Of a DNA stretch of 64,000 nt, positions 28,002-37,677 are shown piece after piece. This DNA is from Fibrobacteria bacterium. GTDB lineage: Bacteria > Fibrobacterota > Chitinivibrionia > Chitinivibrionales > FEN-1185. The notes beneath the pieces are model-generated. The model did no database searches, was not told where the DNA came from, and was given only the letters and a program-made list of their open reading frames with translations. The position numbers were made by a program, and so were the translations under genes. Position 1 is the first letter of the stretch, and each line of letters starts with the position of its first letter. Location: positions 64,001 through 128,000 of the forward strand of contig JBBIGR010000008.1 in NCBI GenBank assembly GCA_037447435.1, written 5' to 3'.

Positions 28002-29228
28002 GTGAATAAAACAGTTCTGCTTTTGTGTTATTATTATTTACCGTGCAATCATTCGGCCTCAAAACGTTCCGGATGTTTGGCGAAGTATCTTCCAACGTTT
28101 GGGTGGAAAGCGCTAGTGCTTTCGAACAAATGGACAGAAAATAATTGCACCTATGATTTAGGCTTTATAAAAAACCTTCCTGCTGATGCTGTTGTTGGGA
28201 GGGCTGACGATGCAGAATATTCTTCCCGCTACCCTGGAAAATTCTTTCGAAAAATAAACACATTTTTATTGCCTCACCATTTTCCTTTTCACTACCGGCG
28301 AAATGCAAAAAAACAATTGTCAAGAATTGTAGAAGAAAATAAAATTGACATTATATGGGCAACTTCGCCACCAGATGCGCCTCTATGGCTTGCCTCATGG
28401 TGCAAAAAAAAATGGGGCATTCCTTGGGTTGCTGATTTTCGTGATGTATGGGGAACTTGTCCATTTATGATAAATAAAATTATGGATCCAATACATGTAT
28501 TTCATGAAAAACGGATGATGCGAACGGCTTCCGCAATTGTAACGGTTTCGGATCATTTAGTGGAGGTACTACAAAAAAGGCATAAAAGAACAGTTCATTT
28601 AATACCAAATGGGTTTGATCCCGAAGGTGTTGTGAAAACGCAACCTGTTTCGCTTCCTAATTTTCGGATTGTTTTTACGGGAAGCGTGGGAAGAAAAATG
28701 ATTGAATATGGAGTTTTACTCGCGGAGGTAATAAATCATTTACACCTACAGGGTTCCATTAACAAAGACAATATCTCAATTGAATTTTATTCTGATAATA
28801 CAGATTTGCTAAAAGAGTTTCTACAAAAACCGCAATTTATTTCCTTCATAAAAATCTCCAAAAGAGTGTCTGCGGAAGAATGCATAGATTTGCAACGGAA
28901 CGCCGCAGTGTTGTTGATGTTTACATATAACGGTTTTAAGGGAATGATGACAGGGAAAATATTCGAATATCTTTCGGCAAAACGCCCAATTCTTGTTATA
29001 CCCAATGATCATGATTGCGTAGAGCAAGTAGTTAAAGAAACCAATGCAGGTTCCTGTTGTTCAACATCCGAAGAAATAGAAAAACAAATTCTTTTCTGGT
29101 TTACTGAATGGAAAAAAACGGAAATAATTGCCTATCATGGAAATGAAGAGGCTATTATGAAATATTCGCGCAAAGAACAGGCAAACAAATTTGCAAAAAT
29201 ATTTAATGAAATATCAAAAGCTAACTAG
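28002..29228 (+). CDS. GT4 (GT-B) glycosyltransferase
   Basis: LAKYLPTFGW, ATSPP, PWVADFRD.W, IPNGFD, FTGS, TGKIFEYL. GTG start after GGAG. Confidence 0.87.
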   Translation: MNKTVLLLCYYYLPCNHSASKRSGCLAKYLPTFGWKALVLSNKWTENNCTYDLGFIKNLPADAVVGRADDAEYSSRYPGKFFRKINTFLLPHHFPFHYRRNAKKQLSRIVEENKIDIIWATSPPDAPLWLASWCKKKWGIPWVADFRDVWGTCPFMINKIMDPIHVFHEKRMMRTASAIVTVSDHLVEVLQKRHKRTVHLIPNGFDPEGVVKTQPVSLPNFRIVFTGSVGRKMIEYGVLLAEVINHLHLQGSINKDNISIEFYSDNTDLLKEFLQKPQFISFIKISKRVSAEECIDLQRNAAVLLMFTYNGFKGMMTGKIFEYLSAKRPILVIPNDHDCVEQVVKETNAGSCCSTSEEIEKQILFWFTEWKKTEIIAYHGNEEAIMKYSRKEQANKFAKIFNEISKAN

Positions 29229-29273
29229 ACCATCTATTTCAAACTTTTTTAAGACTTAGCATAATAAAAAAAT

Positions 29274-30752
29274 ATGCTCGCCTATCCTACAAATTTCCCA
29301 TTAACAAACGGTTTAGCACAAATTCCCAACAATCGCAGCAAAGCAACTAATAAAACTTTGTTGCTATGCTTATTTGCCCTTTCGTTTGCAGCAGGGATAG
29401 GGTACATTCAGGTCTTTTGCAAAGAGGGACAAATTGCCACTTCTTTGTTTTATTCTTTTACCCTGGTATTTGGTGTCAAAACAATTTTCATGCTCTCTCG
29501 GGCAGTAAACGATTCTCGAATTAAATATTTGGCATATATATTCCTCATAAAAATGATCATTTTATTATTCTTGCTTCATTTTGCATGGGAGCCGCTTCTT
29601 AATCCCCACGCTTTATACTACGGTTATGATCCTCAACGATACTATTTTCAGGCAGAAATGTTGGCAAGAAACCATTTTAATATGAAAAATCTCGATATTA
29701 ATTTGAATTATCCGGGAATTTTATATTATTGGGGCTTCTTTTTTAACATATTTGGACACAATACTGTTGTTCCATTAATTGTCAATTCATTAACAACAGA
29801 AATCGCGTGCATTTTAATTGTTTTTACCGGATATCATATCCGGCCCTTTCCCAAAAAACATGATTGGATGCTTGGTCTTTTTATGGTAATTCCAGAGGTT
29901 TTGTATTTTGATACAATCTCTGCTCGTGAGTCGGCCATGATGGGGCTGCTTATTATTAGTATACTAGGTGTTTTTCTTTTCTTTTCTAAATTATTAAAAA
30001 AAAACAAGATGTTATCATACGGACTAATGGCATTATCAATTGTTAGTTCATTTCTTGTATTATTTATTAGAACCCCAATGATTCTGCCAATTATTACAAG
30101 CCAGTCCATGCTCCTGTTGGTGTCAAGAAATGTGAAACCAAGTTTAATAAAAACCGTATTTTCCGTTATTGTAATAATACTTTTGTTTTCTGTATTTCAA
30201 GGTTTATTAAGAAAATCCGGATTTGATTACACAGATAGAATTATGAGAACGCAAAGGATGGAGTTGGGGAATGAATGGACTGAAAATTCAATCGGAAAGA
30301 AGTTTGTGCCAAAGAACAACCTAGAATATGCCTTTTTTGCTCCATTTCGCTTTGCAATTTATATTGCCGCCCCATTACCAACAATTGACATACGTGTTAA
30401 AGAATTATTTTTAGGCTATTTTTTTGCTTGGGAAATTCTATTAGATACAATAAGCGCATTCATTTATGTTGTATTGTTCCCTTTTGCTATGGTTTCCATC
30501 TATTACATTATGCGTTTTGGTAAAAGAAATTGGGCTGTTTTTGCAATTCCCTTTCTCTTTTCTTTTGCTTCAATAGCTTTTGGAAATGACATTATACATC
30601 CCAGGTATCGATTAATGGCCATTCCGTTTTTATGGGGTGCGATTTGGCTTGGACGATTTTGCAAATTCAAATTGATTGAGAAAAGTTTTGCGGGATGGTA
30701 TTTCGTTATTTGTGCAGGAATAGTCACTTATTTCGGAATGAAGGGCTTTTAA
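29274..30752 (+). CDS. Polytopic membrane protein, second Wzy/GT-C-like candidate
   Basis: About 12 TM segments, YDPQRYY, SARES, FIR and HPRYRL; embedded among glycosyltransferases. Confidence 0.55.
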   Translation: MLAYPTNFPLTNGLAQIPNNRSKATNKTLLLCLFALSFAAGIGYIQVFCKEGQIATSLFYSFTLVFGVKTIFMLSRAVNDSRIKYLAYIFLIKMIILLFLLHFAWEPLLNPHALYYGYDPQRYYFQAEMLARNHFNMKNLDINLNYPGILYYWGFFFNIFGHNTVVPLIVNSLTTEIACILIVFTGYHIRPFPKKHDWMLGLFMVIPEVLYFDTISARESAMMGLLIISILGVFLFFSKLLKKNKMLSYGLMALSIVSSFLVLFIRTPMILPIITSQSMLLLVSRNVKPSLIKTVFSVIVIILLFSVFQGLLRKSGFDYTDRIMRTQRMELGNEWTENSIGKKFVPKNNLEYAFFAPFRFAIYIAAPLPTIDIRVKELFLGYFFAWEILLDTISAFIYVVLFPFAMVSIYYIMRFGKRNWAVFAIPFLFSFASIAFGNDIIHPRYRLMAIPFLWGAIWLGRFCKFKLIEKSFAGWYFVICAGIVTYFGMKGF

Positions 30753-30754
30753 AC

Positions 30755-31930
30755 ATGTTTGCCCCAGATGTTAAAAATAAACTTAAAAACATAAGATTGC
30801 TAAATGCTATAAACATAACTATGAAACGTGTGTTTACACAAATAGAATATAAATCCAACAAGGAATGGTATAAAAGAAAATCGGTTTGTCATCCACATTA
30901 TTTAAAACCCCCGACACCCCCTTCCTCCGGGAAACCTGCCATATTTTTTCTGGGAACAGACAAGGAACAGGATACAAGCGGAATCATTCAAGCTCTGCAG
31001 AAAATAGGCCAGTTAACTTTTTTTACAAAAGTCGATGGCGCTTATGGTCATAATATTAATCTTGATGTAGTAGAAAAAAGAAGATGCAATGCAAGCAGAT
31101 TGCTTCAACTCTTTGATGAATTGCATAAAAAAGGCCAGACTCCTCAAATACTCATTAGCCAAACTTGGGGCGGTTATATCGATCCTGGAGTTTTTACGGA
31201 AATTAAAAAAAAATATGGATCTCTCTGCGTTAATATCGCCATGGATGACAGGCATCAATTCAAAGGGAAAAGAGTAAATGGAATTTGGAGTGGCACCAAG
31301 GGGTTGATCGGCCACATAGATTATGCCCTAACTGCTGCCCCCGAATGCGTTGAATGGTATGAAAAAGAAGGATGTCCTGGAATGTTTTTTCCTGAAGCGA
31401 GTGATCCCAATATATTCCATCCAATGCCGCATCTTGAAAAGAAATTCGAAGTATCATTTATCGGAGCAAAATATGGAATTCGGGAGCGGCTTGTAAAGGA
31501 AATAAAAAAAGCGGGCATCCCGATTACAGCATTTGGCACAGGGTGGGAGAACGGCCGTCTTCCCACAGAAGAAACACCCACGCTTTTCGCGCAATCAAAA
31601 ATTGTCCTTGGCGTAGGAACTATTGGATATTCCGATGATTTTTACAGCCTTAAAATGAGGGACTTTGATGGGCCTATGTCAGGAAGCTGCTATGTTACAG
31701 GGGATAATCCTGATTTATATGAGTTGTATATACCTGAAAAAGAATTGGTATTATACAAATCTGTTCATGATTGCATTACTAAGATTAAGTGGCTTTTAAA
31801 CAATGAAGATGAACGGGAAAAAATCGCCCAAGCCGGAAGGGCACGGGCGTTGGCTGATCATACCTGGCAAAAAAGATTTGAAACGGTTTTTAAAACTCTT
31901 GGAATATGGTTTTCATCTGAGGCGATTTAA
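30755..31930 (+). CDS. CgeB/Glyco_trans_1_2-like glycosyltransferase
   Basis: MDD, FPEASDP, VSFIGAKYGIRE, FGTGW, KMRDFD, ELY.PEKE.V.Y, GRARALADHTWQKR. Confidence 0.8.
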   Translation: MFAPDVKNKLKNIRLLNAINITMKRVFTQIEYKSNKEWYKRKSVCHPHYLKPPTPPSSGKPAIFFLGTDKEQDTSGIIQALQKIGQLTFFTKVDGAYGHNINLDVVEKRRCNASRLLQLFDELHKKGQTPQILISQTWGGYIDPGVFTEIKKKYGSLCVNIAMDDRHQFKGKRVNGIWSGTKGLIGHIDYALTAAPECVEWYEKEGCPGMFFPEASDPNIFHPMPHLEKKFEVSFIGAKYGIRERLVKEIKKAGIPITAFGTGWENGRLPTEETPTLFAQSKIVLGVGTIGYSDDFYSLKMRDFDGPMSGSCYVTGDNPDLYELYIPEKELVLYKSVHDCITKIKWLLNNEDEREKIAQAGRARALADHTWQKRFETVFKTLGIWFSSEAI

Positions 31931-33906
31931 TGTGCGGAATCTGCGGGATAATTAATATTGATTTTAGTCCAATATCCCCACAATTGCTTATTGCAATGAG
32001 GGACTCATTGACCCATAGAGGCCCTGATGATTGCGGCTGCGTGTTGCTCAAAATAAACGATACGTCCGAAAGAAAGAACTTTATTAAATACAAGGAGTGG
32101 AAAACTGAGCAAGGAATAGACAGAAGCGGTTATTCCGTAGGGCTTGCGCATAGAAGATTGTCGATCATTGATTTAAGTATTGCAGGAAATCAACCAATGG
32201 CAGATATGACCGGCTCATTCTGGATAACATTTAACGGGGAAATTTATAATTTTCAGGAAATAAGAAAAACCCTCATAGAAAAAGGATATTCCTTTAATTC
32301 AGGAACAGATACCGAAGTAATTATCAATGCCTATAAAGAGTGGGGGGAAAGATGTCTCGAACATTTTAATGGGATGTTTGCTTTTGCTCTATACGACAGC
32401 CATAAACAACGCCTTTTTCTTGCGCGGGATAGAGTAGGGAAAAAACCTCTTTATTATTGTAAAACTCCGGACGCATTCTATTTTTCTTCGGAACTTAAAG
32501 CAATATTATCTGTTATCAAATCCATTCCTAATCCGGATTTTGATTCATTAAATTATTATTTTTCGCTCGGGTATATACCTCATGAAATGACCTTATATTC
32601 CGGCATAAAAAAACTGCCCGCAGCGCATGCATGTTTTTTTGATTGCATAAACGGGAAAATGAACATCTGGCGATATTGGGAATTGCCTGAACCCGGAGGT
32701 GATCAACAAAAAATATCCGAGGAAGATTTGATTGAGGAGTTTCATGAGTTGATTTTTAATGCAGTAAAGATAAGGATGATTAGTGATGTGCCTGTTGGGG
32801 TTTTTTTAAGCGGTGGCCTTGATTCAAGTCTTGTTACCTCCATAGCAGCGCAATGCTCTTCCGAACCGCTTAAAACATTTACTGTCTCTTTTCCCGGTTA
32901 CAAACAATATGATGAAACAGGATATGCAAAAATAATTGCAGATCATTTTTCAACTGATCATTATTGTCTTGATGGTACAGAAGCTCTTGATTATGTAATC
33001 AAGGATGTTCTTGGGTTTCTCGATGAGCCAATTGCAGATTCTTCAATATTGCCGATGTATGTAATTTCTAAGCTTACTCGGAAGCATGTGACTGTTGCAT
33101 TGGGCGGCGATGGTGGAGACGAGTTATTTGGAGGATATAATCACTATCAAATGGCAATTAGGCTGCAAAAACGTCTCCGATTTATACCTTCAATACTACT
33201 TGAATTGGCTGCAAAAGGTTCAGGATTTCTTCCCCCAGGGATGAGAGGAAAGAATTTCATTCAATCTCTCAAACGCGGTCCTTCAGAAATTCAAATCTGG
33301 GGAACGCCATATTTTGAAGCAAACCTTAGAAGAAAAATGTTTTCCAAAGATTTACTTGGAAAGCTAGAACAATCGATTGAAGCCCCAGAGAAAATGAAGT
33401 TGGAATTACTCAAAAAGACGGAAATTATTGATCGGATGATGCGGTTGGATTTTCAAAGCTTTTTATGCGATGATATCCTTACCAAGATAGATAGGGCAAG
33501 CATGGCTTGTTCATTGGAAGTAAGAAACCCATGGCTTGATTACAGACTTGTGGAATTCAGTTTTAAAAAAGTTCCTTCTTTCCTGAAGGCAACGGAGAAT
33601 GAAAAAAAAGTCCTTCCTAAAAAACTTGCCAGACTTTTGTTGCCTTTGCAATTGGATTTAAATCGGAAACAAGGTTTTTCGGTTCCTCTTGATTCCTGGA
33701 TGAAAAATAACTTGCCTTTTGTTGATTCATCCATCAATGGATCTATTGTCAATGAATTGATTAAGCCATCCGTCCTAAAGTCGCTATTTGCCGGAGAATT
33801 AAAAGGGCGACTCAATGGTGCAAGATTGTTTTTACTTCTTATGCTCAGCAAAGTGCCTTTTAATCGTGGTAACCAGTTACTAAATAATTGTGAAAGTGAT
33901 ATATAA
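31930..33906 (+). CDS. asnB: AsnB-like glutamine-dependent amidotransferase, copy 2
   Basis: MCGICG, HRGPDD, HRRLSIID, FNGEIYN, FLSGGLDSS, GDGGDELFGGY, KIDRASMACSLEVR. Confidence 0.92.
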   Translation: MCGICGIINIDFSPISPQLLIAMRDSLTHRGPDDCGCVLLKINDTSERKNFIKYKEWKTEQGIDRSGYSVGLAHRRLSIIDLSIAGNQPMADMTGSFWITFNGEIYNFQEIRKTLIEKGYSFNSGTDTEVIINAYKEWGERCLEHFNGMFAFALYDSHKQRLFLARDRVGKKPLYYCKTPDAFYFSSELKAILSVIKSIPNPDFDSLNYYFSLGYIPHEMTLYSGIKKLPAAHACFFDCINGKMNIWRYWELPEPGGDQQKISEEDLIEEFHELIFNAVKIRMISDVPVGVFLSGGLDSSLVTSIAAQCSSEPLKTFTVSFPGYKQYDETGYAKIIADHFSTDHYCLDGTEALDYVIKDVLGFLDEPIADSSILPMYVISKLTRKHVTVALGGDGGDELFGGYNHYQMAIRLQKRLRFIPSILLELAAKGSGFLPPGMRGKNFIQSLKRGPSEIQIWGTPYFEANLRRKMFSKDLLGKLEQSIEAPEKMKLELLKKTEIIDRMMRLDFQSFLCDDILTKIDRASMACSLEVRNPWLDYRLVEFSFKKVPSFLKATENEKKVLPKKLARLLLPLQLDLNRKQGFSVPLDSWMKNNLPFVDSSINGSIVNELIKPSVLKSLFAGELKGRLNGARLFLLLMLSKVPFNRGNQLLNNCESDI

Positions 33907-34925
33907 TGAATTCAAAACCTATTGCCTCAATTTGCATCCCGGCATTTAATCGTCCCGTTCGCCTAAAAAGATCGCTTGAAAGTATTTCTGTGAAATATCC
34001 GAAAGATATAGAGATTGTAATTTGCGAAGATAATAGTTCGAAACGAATTGCGATTAGGGAAGTGGTAAAAGAGTATCAAAAAACTAGTCCAAATGTAGTC
34101 AGATATTATGAAAATTCGGAAAATCTGGGGTATGATAAAAACCTTAAAGAACTTATTCGACTAGCAAGTGGAGAATACATAATCTACCTAGCAGATGATG
34201 ATGCTTTTGAAAAAAATGGACTGGACGTAATGATTGCCTTCCTTAAAGAGCATCCTGAATTGGGGTATGTGTTGCGATCTTATACTTTTATTGATTCAAA
34301 GAAGAACAGTGTAAGATTTAGATATTACAATAAAACAAAGTTTTTTAATGCGGGTAAGGAAAGCTATATTGAGATGTTCAGGAAAAGCGTATTTATATCA
34401 GGATTTACCGTAAAGCGAAAATTAGTTGTTCCGCATATGGTTGATGATTTTGACGGTAGCTTGCTTTTTCAATTGTACTTATTTTCCGAGGTTGTATTAT
34501 TTCATCCCAGCGCATATCTCGATATCCCCCTTACAATTGGATTTGAAGGAAGTGAATACAATTTTGGAAATGCGGAAGCGGAAAAAAAATATTTTGATCC
34601 TGGTTCAATAACTCTGCAGAATTCAATAAACTTTCTTGCATGGTTTCCGAAATTGACAGGATATATTGATAAAAAATATGGAATTTCCTCATCGCCTATG
34701 ATTCTGAAAGATATGTCGAAATATTTTTACCCAAGTCTGGCGATTCAAAGAGATAAAGGCATCCTGCCTTTTATTGCTTATATACGGAAGTTAAACGAAC
34801 TCGGTTTTAATATCTCTGTGTATTATTATTTATATATAGTAGGCCTGATTTTATTTGGAAAAAGAAATTGCGATAATGGTATACGCATACTTAAAAACAT
34901 TATCGGAAGGACACCGCGGCTATAA
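33906..34925 (+). CDS. GT2 glycosyltransferase
   Basis: SICIPAFNR, EIVICEDNS, NSENLGYDKN, YLADDD. Confidence 0.87.
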   Translation: MNSKPIASICIPAFNRPVRLKRSLESISVKYPKDIEIVICEDNSSKRIAIREVVKEYQKTSPNVVRYYENSENLGYDKNLKELIRLASGEYIIYLADDDAFEKNGLDVMIAFLKEHPELGYVLRSYTFIDSKKNSVRFRYYNKTKFFNAGKESYIEMFRKSVFISGFTVKRKLVVPHMVDDFDGSLLFQLYLFSEVVLFHPSAYLDIPLTIGFEGSEYNFGNAEAEKKYFDPGSITLQNSINFLAWFPKLTGYIDKKYGISSSPMILKDMSKYFYPSLAIQRDKGILPFIAYIRKLNELGFNISVYYYLYIVGLILFGKRNCDNGIRILKNIIGRTPRL

Positions 34926-35807
34926 ATGAATCCCGAAAGTAAAATAATGAGCGCACTCCGTCGATTCAAAATGGATGGCCTTGCGTGGTCGCTCAGAAGG
35001 TTGCATTGCCCCGTTAAGAAAAATGATCTTGTTTTAGAAGTTGGTAGCGGTGGCAACCCATATTTTCGTTCCAACGTTCTTTGCGATGCATATCTTGAAA
35101 CCAGAGAAAGGCATTTTGTACCATTGGTTTCTGATCGCCCGACAATCCTGTCCTTTACTGAACAATTACCGTTTCAGGACAATGTATTTGATTTCTGTAT
35201 TGCGTCCCATGTGCTCGAACATTCAAAGGATCCTGCTCGGTTTATAAGCGAAATCCAGCGAGTATCACGAGCCGGGTATATCGAGTCACCAGATGCTTTT
35301 TTTGAAAGACTTACCGGATATCTGGATCATCGTCTAGAAATAACCTGTAAGAACAATGAGCTGGTTATCCGGAAAAAGAAAGGACGGTTTGAAGATCCTG
35401 AAATTATTGACCTGTTTTTTGGTAACGCTGATGCAGTTTTCGCATCATGGGTTTCAAAGCATCCATTTCATTTCCATGTACGATTTTATTGGGAAAAGAC
35501 TAAGGGTGGCATTAAATACCGCATTGTAAATCCTCAATATGAATTTAACTGGGAATGTCCAATGGCAGAGCCCGCAGCACCAAAACGGGAGACTTTTAAA
35601 ATGAGAATTCGCACTCTTGGAATAAAGAGGCTTAGAAAATTGCTATCTCAAACAAAGCGAAATAAAAAGCTCGATGTCACCAAATTTCTTCAATGCCCAT
35701 TTTGTGCGGGAACGACATTTTCAAGAGCTTCAAAGGCCCTTATATGCAATTCATGCAATAAAGATTTCATAATAATGTCCGATAACATATATAATTTTGT
35801 CAGGTAA
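34926..35807 (+). CDS. Class I SAM methyltransferase with a C-terminal Trm112-like Zn knuckle
   Basis: VLEVGSG, LPFQDNVFD, SHVLEH; C-terminal CPFC...CNSC. Confidence 0.8.
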   Translation: MNPESKIMSALRRFKMDGLAWSLRRLHCPVKKNDLVLEVGSGGNPYFRSNVLCDAYLETRERHFVPLVSDRPTILSFTEQLPFQDNVFDFCIASHVLEHSKDPARFISEIQRVSRAGYIESPDAFFERLTGYLDHRLEITCKNNELVIRKKKGRFEDPEIIDLFFGNADAVFASWVSKHPFHFHVRFYWEKTKGGIKYRIVNPQYEFNWECPMAEPAAPKRETFKMRIRTLGIKRLRKLLSQTKRNKKLDVTKFLQCPFCAGTTFSRASKALICNSCNKDFIIMSDNIYNFVR

Positions 35808-35811
35808 AAGT

Positions 35812-36498
35812 ATGTTTAAGCAATTCTTAGTACGACTAACACTTGCAATTGCCAGAATACTTTGTGACCGAAAAAGGTATTCTCGTTTTGGAACACGAGC
35901 GAATCTTGGTTGTGGTCTTCATTGTCTGGAAAAATGGGTGAATATTGATGGAAGTCTGACTGCACTTCTTGGATCTCGCAGGCATAAAGTAATTAACAGG
36001 CTTGTCTATGCTGCAGCAGGTTCATCCGCATTTTATCCTTTTGCCCATTACAATGAAGTTTTAACAAAAAAGAAACTATATTTTTTTGATTTGCGATACG
36101 GGGTCCCCTTCGACAATGACAGTCTTGAGGTAATTTACAGCAGTCACTTTATTGAACATCTTTCCGAAAAAGATGGCGAACGTTTTTTGGGGGAATGCTT
36201 ACGGACTCTTAAGCCCGGCGGCATTTTCCGTCTTTCCTTACCTGACCTTGACGTAGCATTCAAAATGTATTCTGAGAAACAATATCTCGAAATGTTGCAT
36301 ATGTTTTTTTACACATCGGAACATTATGATTTTTCTGCTCATAAATTCAATTATAATTTCGACATATTAGCAAAGAAGCTAGAAAACATCGGTTTTAGCA
36401 AAGTTAAAAAATGCTCTTTTCGATCTGGCAATTGCCCTGATATCGATTATCTTGATGTCTATCCCGAACACTCATTTTTTATTGAATGCAGTAAATGA
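35812..36498 (+). CDS. Methyltransferase-domain protein (Methyltransf_11-like)
   Basis: NLGCG..WVNID, PFDNDS, IYSSHFIEH, RTLKPGG..RLSLPD. Confidence 0.82.
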   Translation: MFKQFLVRLTLAIARILCDRKRYSRFGTRANLGCGLHCLEKWVNIDGSLTALLGSRRHKVINRLVYAAAGSSAFYPFAHYNEVLTKKKLYFFDLRYGVPFDNDSLEVIYSSHFIEHLSEKDGERFLGECLRTLKPGGIFRLSLPDLDVAFKMYSEKQYLEMLHMFFYTSEHYDFSAHKFNYNFDILAKKLENIGFSKVKKCSFRSGNCPDIDYLDVYPEHSFFIECSK

Positions 36499-37616
36499 AA
36501 ATTCTCATTGCAGGTGATTTTCACTCGGAAATACATGAGCAGAGCTACAGCAAAGCATTCACAGACCTCGGCCACGAAACTATTGAATTCAAATGGTTCA
36601 ACTATTTTAAAGGATACCAGCTTTATAGATCTCAGAAAATAAAAGGCAATAAAATATTTTCCTTGATATATAGGTTTCAAAATAAATATTCAATCGGACC
36701 TGCCATTAATTCCATCAATGGCGATTTTTTCAAATGCTGCATGCAAAATAAGCCCGACATGATATTGTTGTTCAGAGGCGTTCATATTTGGCAAAGAACA
36801 ATAAAAAAGGTAAAAAGAAACCTTTCGGGAACAGTGTTTTTTGTCATTAATAATGATGACCCGTTTGGTCAAAATTATCCATGGTATTTTTGGCGGCATT
36901 TTCGGCAATGTTTGCCAATGTTTGACCATTCATTCGTGTATAGAGAAAAAAACATCGTGGATTTAAAGGCACACGGCATAATGCGGGCAAGTATCATGCG
37001 GTCATATTATATAAAAGAAAGAAATTACCCCATTGAACGATTGGAAAATAGCGGATTTTCTGCTGATGTTGGATTTATAGGTCATTTTGAAGACGATGGA
37101 AGAGATGAATATTGCAGAATTCTTGCAGAACGATCCGACATAAGATTCAGGATTAATGGACATGAATGGCATAAATCCAAGCATTATGAATATTTACAAA
37201 AACACGCCGGCCCGATTCTTCCTCTCTATAAAAAAGACGAATACAATATTGCAATAAATAGCCTGAAAATTGCATTGGTATTTTTATCCAAACTCAACAA
37301 TGATACGTATACACGTCGTTGTTTCGAAATCCCTGCAGCACGAGTTTTAATGTTAAGCCAATATTCTGAAGACCTTTCTAAGCTTTTTGAGGAAGGAAAA
37401 GAAGCTGTTTATTTCCGAACAAAGAATGAAATGATTCGAAAAATTGAGTATTATCTAAATAATGATCTGGCGAGAAGAGCTGTTGCAAGGGGTGGTTATG
37501 AACGCTTGATGCGGGACGGACATGAAGTTCATAATAGGGCACAACAGGTATGCGATATTTACGAAACAATTGTTTTCCAACGGACTCACAAAACAGATTG
37601 GCAAACATTGAAATAA
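36495..37616 (+). CDS. CgeB/Glyco_trans_1_2-like glycosyltransferase
   Basis: NNDDPF, DVGFIGH.E.DGR, TRRCFEIPA, LFEEGKEAVYF, VARGGYER. Confidence 0.82.
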   Translation: MKILIAGDFHSEIHEQSYSKAFTDLGHETIEFKWFNYFKGYQLYRSQKIKGNKIFSLIYRFQNKYSIGPAINSINGDFFKCCMQNKPDMILLFRGVHIWQRTIKKVKRNLSGTVFFVINNDDPFGQNYPWYFWRHFRQCLPMFDHSFVYREKNIVDLKAHGIMRASIMRSYYIKERNYPIERLENSGFSADVGFIGHFEDDGRDEYCRILAERSDIRFRINGHEWHKSKHYEYLQKHAGPILPLYKKDEYNIAINSLKIALVFLSKLNNDTYTRRCFEIPAARVLMLSQYSEDLSKLFEEGKEAVYFRTKNEMIRKIEYYLNNDLARRAVARGGYERLMRDGHEVHNRAQQVCDIYETIVFQRTHKTDWQTLK

Positions 37617-37677
37617 ATATTGTATTGACTAATTATAACAGCTGATGCATGGTTTTTATCAAAGGGAAAGAAACTTA